A DNA stretch of 64,000 bases from Candidatus Geothermarchaeota archaeon (GTDB taxonomy: Archaea; Thermoproteota; Nitrososphaeria; Geothermarchaeales; JDFR-13): the NCBI GenBank assembly GCA_015523725.1, contig WAJV01000107.1, forward strand, positions 959-64,958, given 5' to 3'. Positions 1 to 10,961 of this stretch are shown piece by piece (the stretch's first letter is position 1; every line of letters begins with the position of its first letter). Made by a program: the position numbers and the translations under genes. The notes beneath the pieces were generated by a model, which searched no databases, was not told where the DNA came from, and worked only from the letters and a program-made list of their open reading frames with translations.

Positions 1-2
1 GA

Positions 3-1160
3 GCTATATTGCTTAGCGGGCCTCCGGGAACCGGGAAGACTGCCATAGCCATAGGAATAGCAAAAGAATTGGGTAAAGACGTACCATTTATATATTTAAG
101 CGCATCCGAGATATATTCAGCAGAGTATAGTAAAACGGAGGCCTTGATGAGAGCCATTAGAAAAGCTATAGGTGTAAAGATTAAGGACTTAAGAGAGGTC
201 ATTGAAGGAGAGGTTAAGAAACTAGAGGTTAAGATGGCTCCCCATCCATATAACCCATATCAACAGATCCCTGAGAGTATCAAAATAACCATAGCGACAA
301 AGGATGAGGAGAAAACCTTCTCGGCTGGCACAGAGATAGCTCTTGCATTCATTCAGCAAGGCATAAGAGAAGGAGATATAATAATGATCGATAAGGAGAC
401 TGGTAAGGTCACCAAATTAGGTAGATCTAAAGAGGCTCCGAGGCTCTATGACATAGAAGGAGAAGAATATTTAGATAGACCCACAGGACCCATAATCAAA
501 GAGAGAGAATTTATATATGTAATGACGTTACATGAGCTAGATCTAAGGAGGGCAAGGGGAGGAAGCCTACTCAGCCTATTCTTCACAACATCAGAAAAAG
601 AAATAAGTAGCGATATTAGGAGGGAAGTTGATGAATGGGTTAAAAACTTGGTCGAGGAGGGTAGGGCAGAGATAATACCAGGAGTATTATTCGTGGATGA
701 GATACACATGCTAGACATAGAGGCATATGCATTCCTAAACCGCGCTCTTGAAAGTGAGATGGCTCCAATCATAATATTTGCATCCAACAGGGGATTCACC
801 AAAATTAGGGGAACAGACATAACTTCACCACACGGAATCCCAATGGACCTATTAGATAGACTACTAATTATAATAACAGAGCCATATACCAAAGACGAAA
901 TGAGGGAAATAATCAAGATTAGGATGAGAGAAGAAGATGTGAAACTCACAGATGAAGCACTGGAGAGACTCGTTGAGATGGCTCAAGAACATAGCCTCAG
1001 ATATGCAATAATGTTACTAGCACCCACCAAAGAAGTAATACAATTAAAGAATAAAGACATCGCCGACGTAGAAGATATAGAATATGTCGCCAACCTATTT
1101 AGCGACTACAAAACCTCAGCGGAACACCTAAAAGAATATGAGAAACTTTACCTCAGCTAA
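3..1160 (+). CDS. RuvB-like (TIP49/Pontin-type) AAA+ ATPase, 5'-truncated by window edge
   Basis: ORF open to base 1. Walker A GPPGTGKTAIA at its N-terminal end and Walker B VLFVDEIHML. The track's M at 9 is a TTG, and the frame continues upstream. Confidence 0.7.
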   Translation, partial: AILLSGPPGTGKTAIAIGIAKELGKDVPFIYLSASEIYSAEYSKTEALMRAIRKAIGVKIKDLREVIEGEVKKLEVKMAPHPYNPYQQIPESIKITIATKDEEKTFSAGTEIALAFIQQGIREGDIIMIDKETGKVTKLGRSKEAPRLYDIEGEEYLDRPTGPIIKEREFIYVMTLHELDLRRARGGSLLSLFFTTSEKEISSDIRREVDEWVKNLVEEGRAEIIPGVLFVDEIHMLDIEAYAFLNRALESEMAPIIIFASNRGFTKIRGTDITSPHGIPMDLLDRLLIIITEPYTKDEMREIIKIRMREEDVKLTDEALERLVEMAQEHSLRYAIMLLAPTKEVIQLKNKDIADVEDIEYVANLFSDYKTSAEHLKEYEKLYLS

Positions 1161-1224
1161 CAAACTCCTATTAAACATCATCAAAAAAATAATTGTTACA
1201 AATATTCTAGTCAGGTAATAAATC

Positions 1225-2010
1225 ATGGATGAATTAGAATATGGGAAATACATAGTATTATTAGATGAGAAGGGTAAAAAATGGTTAATAAAATTAAGTG
1301 AAGGAGGAATATTTCATACACACAAAGGCAGAATATATCATGAAGAAATTTTAAAGGCAGGCTACGGGGGGGAAATATCCAGCGACAAGGGATACCATTT
1401 CTACGTATTAAAACCAACAATCTATGACTACATAATAAAAACTCCAAGGCCTACACAGATAGTATACCCAAAGGACATAGGTTACTTAATCCTAAAACTC
1501 GGTATACATCCTGGGACAAGGATATTAGAGGTAGGTATGGGAAGTGGTGCATTCACCTCAGCCATACTAACCATATTAAACGGAGAAGGCCATATTGATG
1601 CATATGAACGTAGAGAAGACATAATGTGGAGCACAATAAAGTACCTAAATAGGATAGGAGTAGATACTAAGATATTAAATATACATAAAACCGACTTCCT
1701 AGAAGCATCACCACCAAAAAATTATTATGATATAGCTATCGTTGATATAGATGAACCATGGAAGGCATTAGATAGAGTATATCTAGCCCTCAAGAACTCA
1801 GGTAGAGTAGGATTCATTGTACCGACATATAACCAACTGGATAAACTAGCCGAATATATAGGGAAAAGATTTACAGACATAGAGGCCATAGAGATAAGTT
1901 ATAGAGAACTACAATTTAAGAAGGGGCGAATTAGACCTAGATTCAGAATGATAGGATTCACTACAGTAGTCGTCACAGCGGCAAAAATTAAGGGGGGAGA
2001 GTATATATAA
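1225..2010 (+). CDS. trmI: tRNA (adenine57/58-N1)-methyltransferase TrmI/Gcd14 family
   Basis: SAM-binding motif EVGMGSGAFT. N-terminal KGxxVLL beta domain. Size 261 aa, typical of archaeal TrmI. Confidence 0.65.
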   Translation: MDELEYGKYIVLLDEKGKKWLIKLSEGGIFHTHKGRIYHEEILKAGYGGEISSDKGYHFYVLKPTIYDYIIKTPRPTQIVYPKDIGYLILKLGIHPGTRILEVGMGSGAFTSAILTILNGEGHIDAYERREDIMWSTIKYLNRIGVDTKILNIHKTDFLEASPPKNYYDIAIVDIDEPWKALDRVYLALKNSGRVGFIVPTYNQLDKLAEYIGKRFTDIEAIEISYRELQFKKGRIRPRFRMIGFTTVVVTAAKIKGGEYI

Positions 2011-2058
2011 GAAACTTTTTCAGTAAATAATTTATAAACAATAAAGAGAGAGAACTGG

Positions 2059-2412
2059 CTATGCACCCAATATCAGAATCGCAATAATCAATCCATATAT
2101 CGCTACTCCCTCACCTAGCCCTGCCAACAATAATAGCCAAGTCGATAACTCAGATTTCTCAACCAAGGCAGCCATACCTGAACTCGCAGTCCCACTAATC
2201 GCGATGCCGGCGCCCAGCGTAGAACCTGCAACAGCTATACCAGCACCAACAAACTTATCTCCCTGCGGAATAGCCGCCTGCTGCTCCTGACCAAAAACCG
2301 TAACCACCAGTGAGGAGAATGCGATAGCAATAATCAACAAGTTGAATAACAGAACTATTCTAAAGAGAGTTCTTCTATTCAAGCTGAGACCACTAAGCAA
2401 CTTAATATCCAT
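2059..2412 (-). CDS. atpK: A/V-type ATP synthase proteolipid subunit K (c)
   Basis: Gly/Ala-rich helical hairpin GAGIAVAGSTLGAGIAISG. 117 aa, last gene of the ATPase membrane sector. Confidence 0.8.
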   Translation of the reverse strand: MDIKLLSGLSLNRRTLFRIVLLFNLLIIAIAFSSLVVTVFGQEQQAAIPQGDKFVGAGIAVAGSTLGAGIAISGTASSGMAALVEKSELSTWLLLLAGLGEGVAIYGLIIAILILGA

Positions 2413-2500
2413 AGCACCTACCCCCTGCGGAAATATTAAATCTATTTATCTAGAGCTATCCTTTATAAGGTTAATTATATATCATTTATCCATCAATTTA

Positions 2501-4447
2501 CTATAATTTAAATGGCCTAAACAACCTCCCCTCATCAATATAGAACTTCGTAGAGAACTCATAAAATAAAAGCCTTATAGACTGTATGCCAGCTGCGAAG
2601 CCCTCAATTAAAATAACAATGACGTTAAATACAAGGTATGATGGTATAAAGCCCATACTACCAGCCAATATGCCAGCCACTGATGCCAACGCAACATGCG
2701 CGATAGCGAACGCCCCCAACCTAATATATGATATTGAATTAGTTATATAGGATAAGAACATCTCAATAAACTCACTTATACCCTCCATCATAACCTCCGA
2801 AAACGGATGCTTATGCTTAGAGAATACATTCAGTATAGTTGGCTTAAGGAAAATAAACACCAATAAACCTAACTCAACAAGAACTAGGGGCATATTCTCA
2901 GGCGCCCCAAATACGGCTAAACTCATGTGACCAGTAATAAACCTAATAGCCAACACGATACCTATCAAATAATACACCATCCCCACTACGCCACGCCAAC
3001 CAAGCAAAGCCTCAGCATAATCCCTATTCAACAAATTATTAACTATATTCATCAACAGACCTATATTCAGCTGAATTAATCCAAAAATTATCGATGCAAC
3101 CGCTATAACCAAAGGCTCCTCCATAGGGTTAAGCCAAATGGGCTCCATAAAATGAACCAGGAACGACTCACCATATAGGAACCCAAATATTATGGAAAAT
3201 ATACTAGCTGTTGATAGTATGGCACCCAACTTATTAAGGGCTGAATAAGATATCCCCAAGAACGGTTTTCTAAGTCTATATAGAATCTGCCCAATAATAA
3301 ATAAAATTACTCCCTGCCCCACATCACCAAACATCATCCCATACATAATCGAGAAGAGGATCGTGAAGGGAATAGTTGGATCAATCTCATTATAATTAGG
3401 CACACCCCTCATTCTAACAATCAATTGAAAACGACTTAATAAAGGTAATTCAGACAATAATGTAGGCGGCTTATCCTCAGGCCCCGGATCAGACACCTCC
3501 ATATGCATAAGCCCACCAGTAACACCATCAAGAGAAGACCTCAACTCATCAACCTTATCGGAGGGAACCCAACCATAAACAACAGAGAAATTCCTCGTCC
3601 TAACAAGCATAGATTTAACCCTATACATAAATCTAACATACCTCAAATATGGATGGAACCTCTCCCTAAGCCTTACAAACCCCTCTCTCAACCTACTCAA
3701 ATCAGAAAGAAGTTTCTTTCTCTCATCCACCAATTTACTATAGACCTCCCGAGGATCCGTACCCAAATCAGATGGGACGATGGCCTCCTCAAAATTAAGG
3801 GCAGTCAATACACCCACAATACCCTCCTTATCCTTCTGAGACCCAGCGATCAATATAAAATTCTCCTTCTCCCTACCTTTCATTACACTCAAAACAACAT
3901 TATACGGTTTCAAAGCCTCCATAAGCTTATCTACATTAACCTCAGGAATAAAACCAGCCTTGACAAAAATATGTGTATATTCACCAGCTATATCTAGAGA
4001 CACATTATTCCTCTTAAATACATCAACATTAACAATCAAATCATCCAACTCACCTAATCTCCTACGCCCTCTTTCCAGAGCTTCAGCCAACTCATTATAA
4101 GTATCCTCGACCTCAGCCAAGAATGCCCTCAACTTATCCAATGGAAGCTTCTCGGATCCAATAGATACACGCCTAATCCTAAATGCATCACGCAACTTAT
4201 CGATAAAAGATTTCTTAATCTCACTCTTAGGCAGAATCTCATCCAGGGTATTTATCGCGATACCAGCTCTATCATATAACCTTAGAAAAGAATTATATGC
4301 CTCTAACTCCACGTCCCCCCTAACACCACCCCTAGCCTGACTAATAAACTCAACCGCACCCAACCTACCAATCGTCTCCAGAACAACATCCTCCTTATCC
4401 CTAGGCACAGCCACATAAAACTTCTTCATCCGCTTCGGCCGCAACAT
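2501..4447 (-). CDS. atpI: A/V-type ATP synthase subunit I (a)
   Basis: 648 aa. Soluble N-terminal half with coiled coil and polytopic C-terminal half. Adjacent to atpK. Confidence 0.8.
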   Translation of the reverse strand: MLRPKRMKKFYVAVPRDKEDVVLETIGRLGAVEFISQARGGVRGDVELEAYNSFLRLYDRAGIAINTLDEILPKSEIKKSFIDKLRDAFRIRRVSIGSEKLPLDKLRAFLAEVEDTYNELAEALERGRRRLGELDDLIVNVDVFKRNNVSLDIAGEYTHIFVKAGFIPEVNVDKLMEALKPYNVVLSVMKGREKENFILIAGSQKDKEGIVGVLTALNFEEAIVPSDLGTDPREVYSKLVDERKKLLSDLSRLREGFVRLRERFHPYLRYVRFMYRVKSMLVRTRNFSVVYGWVPSDKVDELRSSLDGVTGGLMHMEVSDPGPEDKPPTLLSELPLLSRFQLIVRMRGVPNYNEIDPTIPFTILFSIMYGMMFGDVGQGVILFIIGQILYRLRKPFLGISYSALNKLGAILSTASIFSIIFGFLYGESFLVHFMEPIWLNPMEEPLVIAVASIIFGLIQLNIGLLMNIVNNLLNRDYAEALLGWRGVVGMVYYLIGIVLAIRFITGHMSLAVFGAPENMPLVLVELGLLVFIFLKPTILNVFSKHKHPFSEVMMEGISEFIEMFLSYITNSISYIRLGAFAIAHVALASVAGILAGSMGFIPSYLVFNVIVILIEGFAAGIQSIRLLFYEFSTKFYIDEGRLFRPFKL

Positions 4448-4568
4448 ATATAACCCCCACTAATCGATGAAACGATAGAAGACAATTATAAATTACAAAT
4501 TTATTAACCAGTATCAATTTAAAAAATGTATATATTAATCTAACCGTATTTAACTTAGAGGGATCCAT

Positions 4569-5144
4569 ATGAATATAAGAGATGTGGGATTAATCGCCCT
4601 ACTAATCACCTGGCTAGACACAATTATATACTCAATATACTTAATGATAAACAAGAATATATCAATAACATCCATAGAAAACCTCTATGAAATAGGTAGA
4701 AACCCATACCTATTCATCCTAAACGTAATACTGTTCTCCCTAAGCATATATATCGTCCTTAAAAATAGTCCAGAGAATGAGAGAAATATATTAAAGAAAG
4801 TATTCTGGGGATATCCAATAGCAACTCTATTAATAACACTCATTTATTCATTAATAATAGCAGGCGGGGAAGGCCTAAATATATTTACAAAATCACTGTT
4901 TATCCCAATGTATATCTTCGTTACCCTACTAACAACATTCCTCGCAGACCTATCTATAAAACCCATAAAGATATCTGAATACATTAAAAAATATTCACTA
5001 ATATTCACACTAATAGTAGAATTAGCTGTCTACCTGATACTCAGAATATTACTAGGAGCCTCACCAGTATTGGGAGGAACATTCCTACTACTAACAATTC
5101 TAACCTTAGCACTATATGCAACAGGAAAAATTAAGTTAAGTTAG
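4569..5144 (+). CDS. hypothetical polytopic membrane protein inserted between atpC and atpI on the opposite strand
   Basis: 191 aa with 5-6 hydrophobic helices. No recognisable motif. Confidence 0.4.
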   Translation: MNIRDVGLIALLITWLDTIIYSIYLMINKNISITSIENLYEIGRNPYLFILNVILFSLSIYIVLKNSPENERNILKKVFWGYPIATLLITLIYSLIIAGGEGLNIFTKSLFIPMYIFVTLLTTFLADLSIKPIKISEYIKKYSLIFTLIVELAVYLILRILLGASPVLGGTFLLLTILTLALYATGKIKLS

Positions 5145-6169
5145 ATTACAAGCTTTATCTCTTCCTCAGGAATAGATAACTCCTTGGCGAAAGCTATTGT
5201 AGTCAAGTTCCTATACTCAAAATAGATTGCATTCAAGTACCAGATTACATAACCCAGTCCCAATGCATTCCTAGTAGACATACTCTTAAGAAAATTAGAG
5301 AGAATCAAGTTTATACCATACTCCAGATCAGCTACACTCCCCTCCTCCAAAGCCTCAGCAACATAACTCGAGGCCCAGCCATATGGAGTCGACATAAAAC
5401 TATCTAGGAGAGTTTCTGCCCTAGCCCTCAACAAATTATTTATATATTCATCAGTCAACCTATAAAACGGCCTTAATATAGTCTCCTCAATCAACTCCTG
5501 CGGGGCACCCAACAACTTATATGCAACAATAAAGTAAAGATTCCTTAAATCAATCTCAAAACCAATAATATTCCTAACAACACCCTTATCAGGCAGCCTC
5601 TCAATATATTTAACAACATTCTTATAATACACTCTATCGAGATATGCCTCCAAAGGAATAGTTGAACCATATTCCCGTGCAATTGAAATATAGTTACCGA
5701 CCTCCCGATACTTAGTAAACATCAATAGAGTAACAGCATCCTCCAAGGACTCTGCCTCAATCATAGCCTGATAATTAATCACAGAATAAGTTCTAGGTAA
5801 CGGAATCAAATCATCAACTGCAAGCGATAAACCATGGAACTTAGCTACAAGGATACGTTTAACATTATCCACCTCCACCCTCCTAGTATATGCATCCAAA
5901 AACTTGTTGACAGGCTCAGGAGCAACCTTCAATAAATATAGTAGCCTATCAACATAAACCTCGGAAAAAACTTTATTCAACTCCCTAGCAGTAATACTCT
6001 CCCTAGACAATAAGCCAATCTTCTCTGCATAGTCGCCCCTCGAAACAGACTCAACAAAAGAATTTAAATCCCTAGTCCTAGCCAAGGCCCTAAAATCCTC
6101 AGCATTAAAAAGATGCGTGGATAAGCCATGAGCCCTAGTAATCAAGTAAATATAACTTGCAGACCTCAA
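5141..6169 (-). CDS. atpC: A/V-type ATP synthase subunit C (d)
   Basis: 342 aa all-helical protein. Position directly after atpD in the operon. Confidence 0.7.
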   Translation of the reverse strand: MRSASYIYLITRAHGLSTHLFNAEDFRALARTRDLNSFVESVSRGDYAEKIGLLSRESITARELNKVFSEVYVDRLLYLLKVAPEPVNKFLDAYTRRVEVDNVKRILVAKFHGLSLAVDDLIPLPRTYSVINYQAMIEAESLEDAVTLLMFTKYREVGNYISIAREYGSTIPLEAYLDRVYYKNVVKYIERLPDKGVVRNIIGFEIDLRNLYFIVAYKLLGAPQELIEETILRPFYRLTDEYINNLLRARAETLLDSFMSTPYGWASSYVAEALEEGSVADLEYGINLILSNFLKSMSTRNALGLGYVIWYLNAIYFEYRNLTTIAFAKELSIPEEEIKLVI

Positions 6170-6175
6170 TACATG

Positions 6176-6772
6176 TCACCTACCCAATATATGCTTAGTC
6201 CTCACAAACTCACCCAAAGCATCCTCCATAAGCCTCTCCTCAACATACCTAATAGTCTCCCTATACTGAGGTATAACAATCTTCTCCAGAGAATTAACCT
6301 TCCTAGAAGTACTCATCAACTCATATGCCAATGACTCAATATTATTCTCGACCTCAGCCGTCTTAATCATATAATCAAGAGCCTCATTCAACTTCTTCGC
6401 CAAAGCCTGTATCAAAGGATCGTAAAAAACCGTATAATCAACCCTCTTAGACACCTTCAAACCCACTAAATTAATCCCCATAACCATATTAGTATCAAAA
6501 TCCAGGTCCAAGTAACCGACACTCTTAGCCAATGTCAACAAATCTCTATACCCCTTCCTCATCAAGACATGCGCAAGAAGCTTATAAGCTTCCTTCAACC
6601 GACTCTCCATCTCACTCCTTATACCAACCTCACCCAACAACCTATTAATCTCACCAGCTAAACGATCCCTCTTCATCTCCAGAATCTCTTTCCCCTTAAC
6701 GATAAAACTCAACTGCTCCCTTAGAGCCAAAAGAACACCGGGACTCGCTGAAACACCGGATACAAAACTCAT
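6176..6772 (-). CDS. atpD: A/V-type ATP synthase subunit D
   Basis: 198 aa coiled-coil central stalk protein. N-terminus LLALREQLSFIVKGKEILEMKRDRL is typical of AtpD. Confidence 0.75.
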   Translation of the reverse strand: MSFVSGVSASPGVLLALREQLSFIVKGKEILEMKRDRLAGEINRLLGEVGIRSEMESRLKEAYKLLAHVLMRKGYRDLLTLAKSVGYLDLDFDTNMVMGINLVGLKVSKRVDYTVFYDPLIQALAKKLNEALDYMIKTAEVENNIESLAYELMSTSRKVNSLEKIVIPQYRETIRYVEERLMEDALGEFVRTKHILGR

Positions 6773-6783
6773 ACCCTCAGCAC

Positions 6784-8190
6784 CTAGGAAACAGGTTTAG
6801 CTCTATAATAATATTTCTCCAAAATCTCATCCTTAACCCTAACCAGCTCTTCCTCAGGCAATGTAGATAATACCTCCCAAGCCAAGTCAAGCGTCTCCTC
6901 AATCGTCCTATTCTCATACTCACCTTGATTAATAAACTTCCTCTCAAATATATCGGCGAAACGCAGGAAGAGCCTCTCCCTATCACTCAAACCCATCTCA
7001 CCGACGATCCTAGCCAAATCCCTAGCCTTGAGACCCCTAGAATATGCATCATACAACTGATCCGATACATCCTTATGGTCCTCCCTAGTCTTCCCAGGCC
7101 CCACACCACTCCTCATTAACCTACTGAGACTGGGAAGAACATTAATTGGCGGATAAATGCCCCTAGAATCCAACTCCTTGCTCAATATAATCTGGCCCTC
7201 AGTAATATATCCCGTCAAGTCTGGAATAGGATGTCTCTTATCACCACCCGGCATCGTCAAGATAGGCATCTGCGTCAAAGACCCCGGCCTACCCCTAACA
7301 ATACCAGCCCTCTCATAAATAGTAGCCAAGTCACTATACATATAACCAGGATAACCACCCCTACCCGGAACCTCCTCCCTAGCAGCACTAACCTCCCTAA
7401 GAGCCTCACAATAATTAGTCATATCAGTTAATATAGTTAGAACATGATAACCCAAGTCGAATGCAAGATACTCCGCAATAGTTAATGCAATCCGGGGGGT
7501 TACAAGCCTCTCGATAGCAGGGTCATCAGCCAAATTAAGAACAACCACAGACCTCTCGATAGCACCCGACTCCCTAAACGACTCAATAAAGAAACGGGCC
7601 TCATCATTCTTCAAACCCATCGCGGCAAAAACTATCGCGAACTCCTCCTCCTCACCCAATACAGTCGCCTGCCTAGCAATCTGGGCAGCGACCCTATTAT
7701 GAGGAAGACCAGACTCACTAAATATCGGCAGCTTCTGTCCCCTAATCAAACTCAACATACCATCAATAGCTGATATACCAGTCTGGATAAAGTTATTAGG
7801 ATGAATCCTAGCCCTAGGATTAATCGGCGAACCATTAATATCCCTACGCTCCCTAGACACAATCGGCCCCATACCATCAATAGGCTCAAACCTACCATTA
7901 AACATCCTCCCCAACGCATCATCCGAGACCGGTATCTCGAAAGTAGAGCCGGTGAACCTCACAGCCGTAGCCGTCTCCAAACCCGACTCCTCACCAAAAA
8001 CCTGTACAATAATATATTGGTTACTAACTTCAAGCACTCTACCCATCCTATCGATTCCATCTGGGGCCCTGACTAAAACCACCTCATCATATAAAACATT
8101 GGGTATAGGCTCCAAAACAAGTATAGAACCCCTAACCTCCCTAACACCCTTATGAACAACACCATAAATATCCCTAATATCCAGCGACAT
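6784..8190 (-). CDS. atpB: A/V-type ATP synthase subunit B (regulatory)
   Basis: 468 aa. Degenerate P-loop region and the conserved ...PSLSRLM... segment. Confidence 0.9.
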   Translation of the reverse strand: MSLDIRDIYGVVHKGVREVRGSILVLEPIPNVLYDEVVLVRAPDGIDRMGRVLEVSNQYIIVQVFGEESGLETATAVRFTGSTFEIPVSDDALGRMFNGRFEPIDGMGPIVSRERRDINGSPINPRARIHPNNFIQTGISAIDGMLSLIRGQKLPIFSESGLPHNRVAAQIARQATVLGEEEEFAIVFAAMGLKNDEARFFIESFRESGAIERSVVVLNLADDPAIERLVTPRIALTIAEYLAFDLGYHVLTILTDMTNYCEALREVSAAREEVPGRGGYPGYMYSDLATIYERAGIVRGRPGSLTQMPILTMPGGDKRHPIPDLTGYITEGQIILSKELDSRGIYPPINVLPSLSRLMRSGVGPGKTREDHKDVSDQLYDAYSRGLKARDLARIVGEMGLSDRERLFLRFADIFERKFINQGEYENRTIEETLDLAWEVLSTLPEEELVRVKDEILEKYYYRAKPVS

Positions 8191-8193
8191 TAA

Positions 8194-10023
8194 CTACACC
8201 TCCACCTCAACACGATACTCACTAGCAAGCCTCTGCAAGGAAGACTTAGCCTCATCAGCCAACTCCTTAATAGCCTCAACCCTCCTAGGATCAAACTTAA
8301 CCCTCTTAATCTTAGACACGACGGGAAGCTCAAGAACCCTATCAATCGGAACCTTCTTCCTAATAAGCTTCTCAACATTATAATGAAAATCAATAATTAA
8401 CTTAAGTAACAAAGCAGACTTCTCAGGCTCAGAATAGGTATCAACCTCATCGAAGGCATTCTGCCTAAGAAAACCCTCTTTAATCAACTCAGAAGTCAAT
8501 AAAAGAAGCCGCTGATCATCTGGAAGAGACTTCTCACCAATGATCCTAGCTATCGACTCAACCTCAGCAGCAGAAGACAATATATTCATAGCGTCCTCCC
8601 TATAACGCGGAAAATCTTTATCAACACTCTTCCACCAATTAAGCAACTCCTCCTTATACATACTGAAACTCCCAATGAATCCACCAAGAATCTCCTTAGC
8701 ATATAAACTATAGCTCTTCAACCAATTAATGGCTGGGAAATGCCTACTATAAGCCAGATCAGCATCTAAAGCCCAGAAGACACCGGTAAACCGTAGAGTA
8801 TGAATCGTAACAGGCTCATTAAAATCACCTCCCGGGGGAGAAACAGCACCAACGATAGTTACCGAACCCTCCCTATCAGGCCTACCTAGGACCTTCACCC
8901 TACCAGCCCTCTCATAGAACTCAGCTATCTTATCAGGAAGATATGCGGGGAAACCACGCTCAACAGGCATCTCACCCAACCTTCCAGATATCTCCCTAAT
9001 AGCCTCAGCCCACCTAGATGTGGAGTCAGCCATAAGTGATACATCATATCCCATATCCCTATAATACTCAGCTATCGTAATACCGATATATACACTAGCC
9101 TCCCTAGCAGAAACCGGCATATTACTCGTATTAGCTATTAATACGGTACGCTCCATCAAAGGCTTACCAGTCTTAGGGTCCACCAACTCAGGAAAATCTT
9201 GAAGAACCTCAGCCATCTCATTCCCACGTTCCCCACATCCAATATAGACAACCACATCAGCATCACTCCACTTAGCCAATTGATGAAGAGTAATCGTCTT
9301 ACCTGTCCCAAATCCACCGGGTATACAGGCAGCCCCACCCTTAGCAACAGGGAAAAACACATCGATTACACGCTGACCAGTAATTAACGGCGTCTTAAGC
9401 GGAAGCCTTCCACCAGGAGCTATAGGCCTAGGCTCCCTCACAGGCCACTCCTGAATCATATTTAATTCCTTAACACCGCCATCATCCAACTCAACCTTAG
9501 CTATGACATCAGTTACCCTGAATTCCCCCTCACCAACCTCCAAAATCTTTCCAGAAACACCATGTGGAACCATAATTTTATGGATAATTGTTGACGACTC
9601 AGGAACCTCACCAATAATATCTCCCCCACTAACATAATCACCCTCCTTAACCAAAGGCCTAAAACTCCACTTAATATCCCTCGGCAACGTATATGCCTTA
9701 ATACCTCTACCAATAAATGGACCACTCGCCCTAATCAAATCATCCAGGGGCCTCCCAACACCATCAAAAATATTCTTAATCAAACCAGGCCCCAACTCGG
9801 CGACCAACTTCTTACCAGTACCCCGAATAGGGTCACCCACCTTCAAACCACTAGTTGGTTCATAAACTTGAGCAGCAAATGTATCCTCAATTATCCGGAT
9901 AACTTCACCAATCAAACCCTCCTCTCCAACCTCGACAACCTCACCAATCTTAATATCTGGAATACCCCTTCCAACAACTAGTGTACCTGAAACCCTAACA
10001 ATCTCTCCAACCCTATCCAACAC
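8194..10023 (-). CDS. atpA: A/V-type ATP synthase catalytic subunit A
   Basis: 609 aa. Walker A GPFGCGKT-type stretch (GGFGTGKT). No intein, continuous. Confidence 0.92.
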   Translation of the reverse strand: MLDRVGEIVRVSGTLVVGRGIPDIKIGEVVEVGEEGLIGEVIRIIEDTFAAQVYEPTSGLKVGDPIRGTGKKLVAELGPGLIKNIFDGVGRPLDDLIRASGPFIGRGIKAYTLPRDIKWSFRPLVKEGDYVSGGDIIGEVPESSTIIHKIMVPHGVSGKILEVGEGEFRVTDVIAKVELDDGGVKELNMIQEWPVREPRPIAPGGRLPLKTPLITGQRVIDVFFPVAKGGAACIPGGFGTGKTITLHQLAKWSDADVVVYIGCGERGNEMAEVLQDFPELVDPKTGKPLMERTVLIANTSNMPVSAREASVYIGITIAEYYRDMGYDVSLMADSTSRWAEAIREISGRLGEMPVERGFPAYLPDKIAEFYERAGRVKVLGRPDREGSVTIVGAVSPPGGDFNEPVTIHTLRFTGVFWALDADLAYSRHFPAINWLKSYSLYAKEILGGFIGSFSMYKEELLNWWKSVDKDFPRYREDAMNILSSAAEVESIARIIGEKSLPDDQRLLLLTSELIKEGFLRQNAFDEVDTYSEPEKSALLLKLIIDFHYNVEKLIRKKVPIDRVLELPVVSKIKRVKFDPRRVEAIKELADEAKSSLQRLASEYRVEVEV

Positions 10024-10673
10024 TAACCACCTCCAAACAACAACTCGAATATAGATACAGCTAACTCCTCCCTAGCCCTATTAAATAGAGCCTCAAAAGA
10101 CGCATTAAAATAAACCTTCTCCTCAACATCACTAACCACAACTCCGCCGACAATATCCAGATAATCATTAGCCAAACCAATCTTTATATTCCTACCGACA
10201 AGCTTGGATACATCCTTACTCAACTTACCCAACAAACCCTTCAACCGCGTCGCATCCTCCTTATTAACATGAATCAAAACCTCATCAACACCAATCTTAT
10301 TAACACCAAGAGCAATCATCCGAGGTAGAAAATCACCATAATATTCCTTACTACCCCTAAAACCAGTAAATCGCTCCCAAGCAGTCTTAAAAACCTGATC
10401 CACAACCTCCCATTTAGTATTAACAATTAATTTCTTACCCTCAATCCTAGCAAGAGATAATTCAGACCGAAGCCTCTCCTCCATCCTCTTCCTAACCTCC
10501 TGCTCCCTACTCAATCGAATCATCCTAGCCTTCTCCTCAGCATCCCTAATAATTTTATCCGCCTCAGCCCTAGCCTCAGACAATATTTCATTAACCTTAC
10601 GCTCAGCCTCCTCAAGAATCTCTCTCCTAAGCTCCTCAATACCCACTACTCGACACCCCCCTCCAACAACCAC
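10023..10673 (-). CDS. atpE: A/V-type ATP synthase subunit E (peripheral stalk). The start is uncertain because the first M overlaps atpH by 28 nt.
   Basis: Charged coiled-coil N-terminus (EELRREILEEAERKVNEIL...) and a globular C-terminal domain. Operon position. Confidence 0.65.
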   Translation of the reverse strand: MVVGGGCRVVGIEELRREILEEAERKVNEILSEARAEADKIIRDAEEKARMIRLSREQEVRKRMEERLRSELSLARIEGKKLIVNTKWEVVDQVFKTAWERFTGFRGSKEYYGDFLPRMIALGVNKIGVDEVLIHVNKEDATRLKGLLGKLSKDVSKLVGRNIKIGLANDYLDIVGGVVVSDVEEKVYFNASFEALFNRAREELAVSIFELLFGGG

Positions 10674-10957
10674 TTATACACCATATTCACAGCCTCGGAA
10701 AACTTATCCCTAGACTTATCCCTCAACTCCTTAGCCATACTATTATACTCAGCAATAACCTTTTCCTTCTCAACCCTAATCCTATCCAAATACTCAGCCT
10801 CAATATCACGAAACTCTATAGACTCAGCCTCCCTAATCAACTCACCAGCCCTACGCTTAGCATCAGCAATAATCTTCTCCGCCTCAGCCCTAGCATCCAA
10901 AATCCTCTTCTCAGCCTCCCTCTCAATCTCCAATAACATATCAATCTCACTAGACAT
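10646..10957 (-). CDS. atpH: A/V-type ATP synthase subunit H/G-like small coiled-coil stalk protein
   Basis: 103 aa. Nearly entirely charged heptads (AEAEKIIADAKRRAGELIREAE). Lies between atpF and atpE. Confidence 0.5.
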   Translation of the reverse strand: MSSEIDMLLEIEREAEKRILDARAEAEKIIADAKRRAGELIREAESIEFRDIEAEYLDRIRVEKEKVIAEYNSMAKELRDKSRDKFSEAVNMVYKWLLEGGVE

Positions 10958-10961
10958 ATTA

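Noticed and set aside
446-949. 167-aa minus-strand ORF
   Set aside because: Lies entirely antisense within the RuvB-like gene. Low-complexity Ser/Leu-rich translation typical of antisense frames of A-rich coding DNA.
3503-3997. 164-aa plus-strand ORF inside atpI
   Set aside because: Antisense to a well-supported atpI. Pro/Asn/Ile-rich nonsense-like composition.
6925-9387. several 60-90 aa ORFs on the plus strand within atpB/atpA
   Set aside because: All are antisense shadows of the highly conserved ATPase A/B genes.
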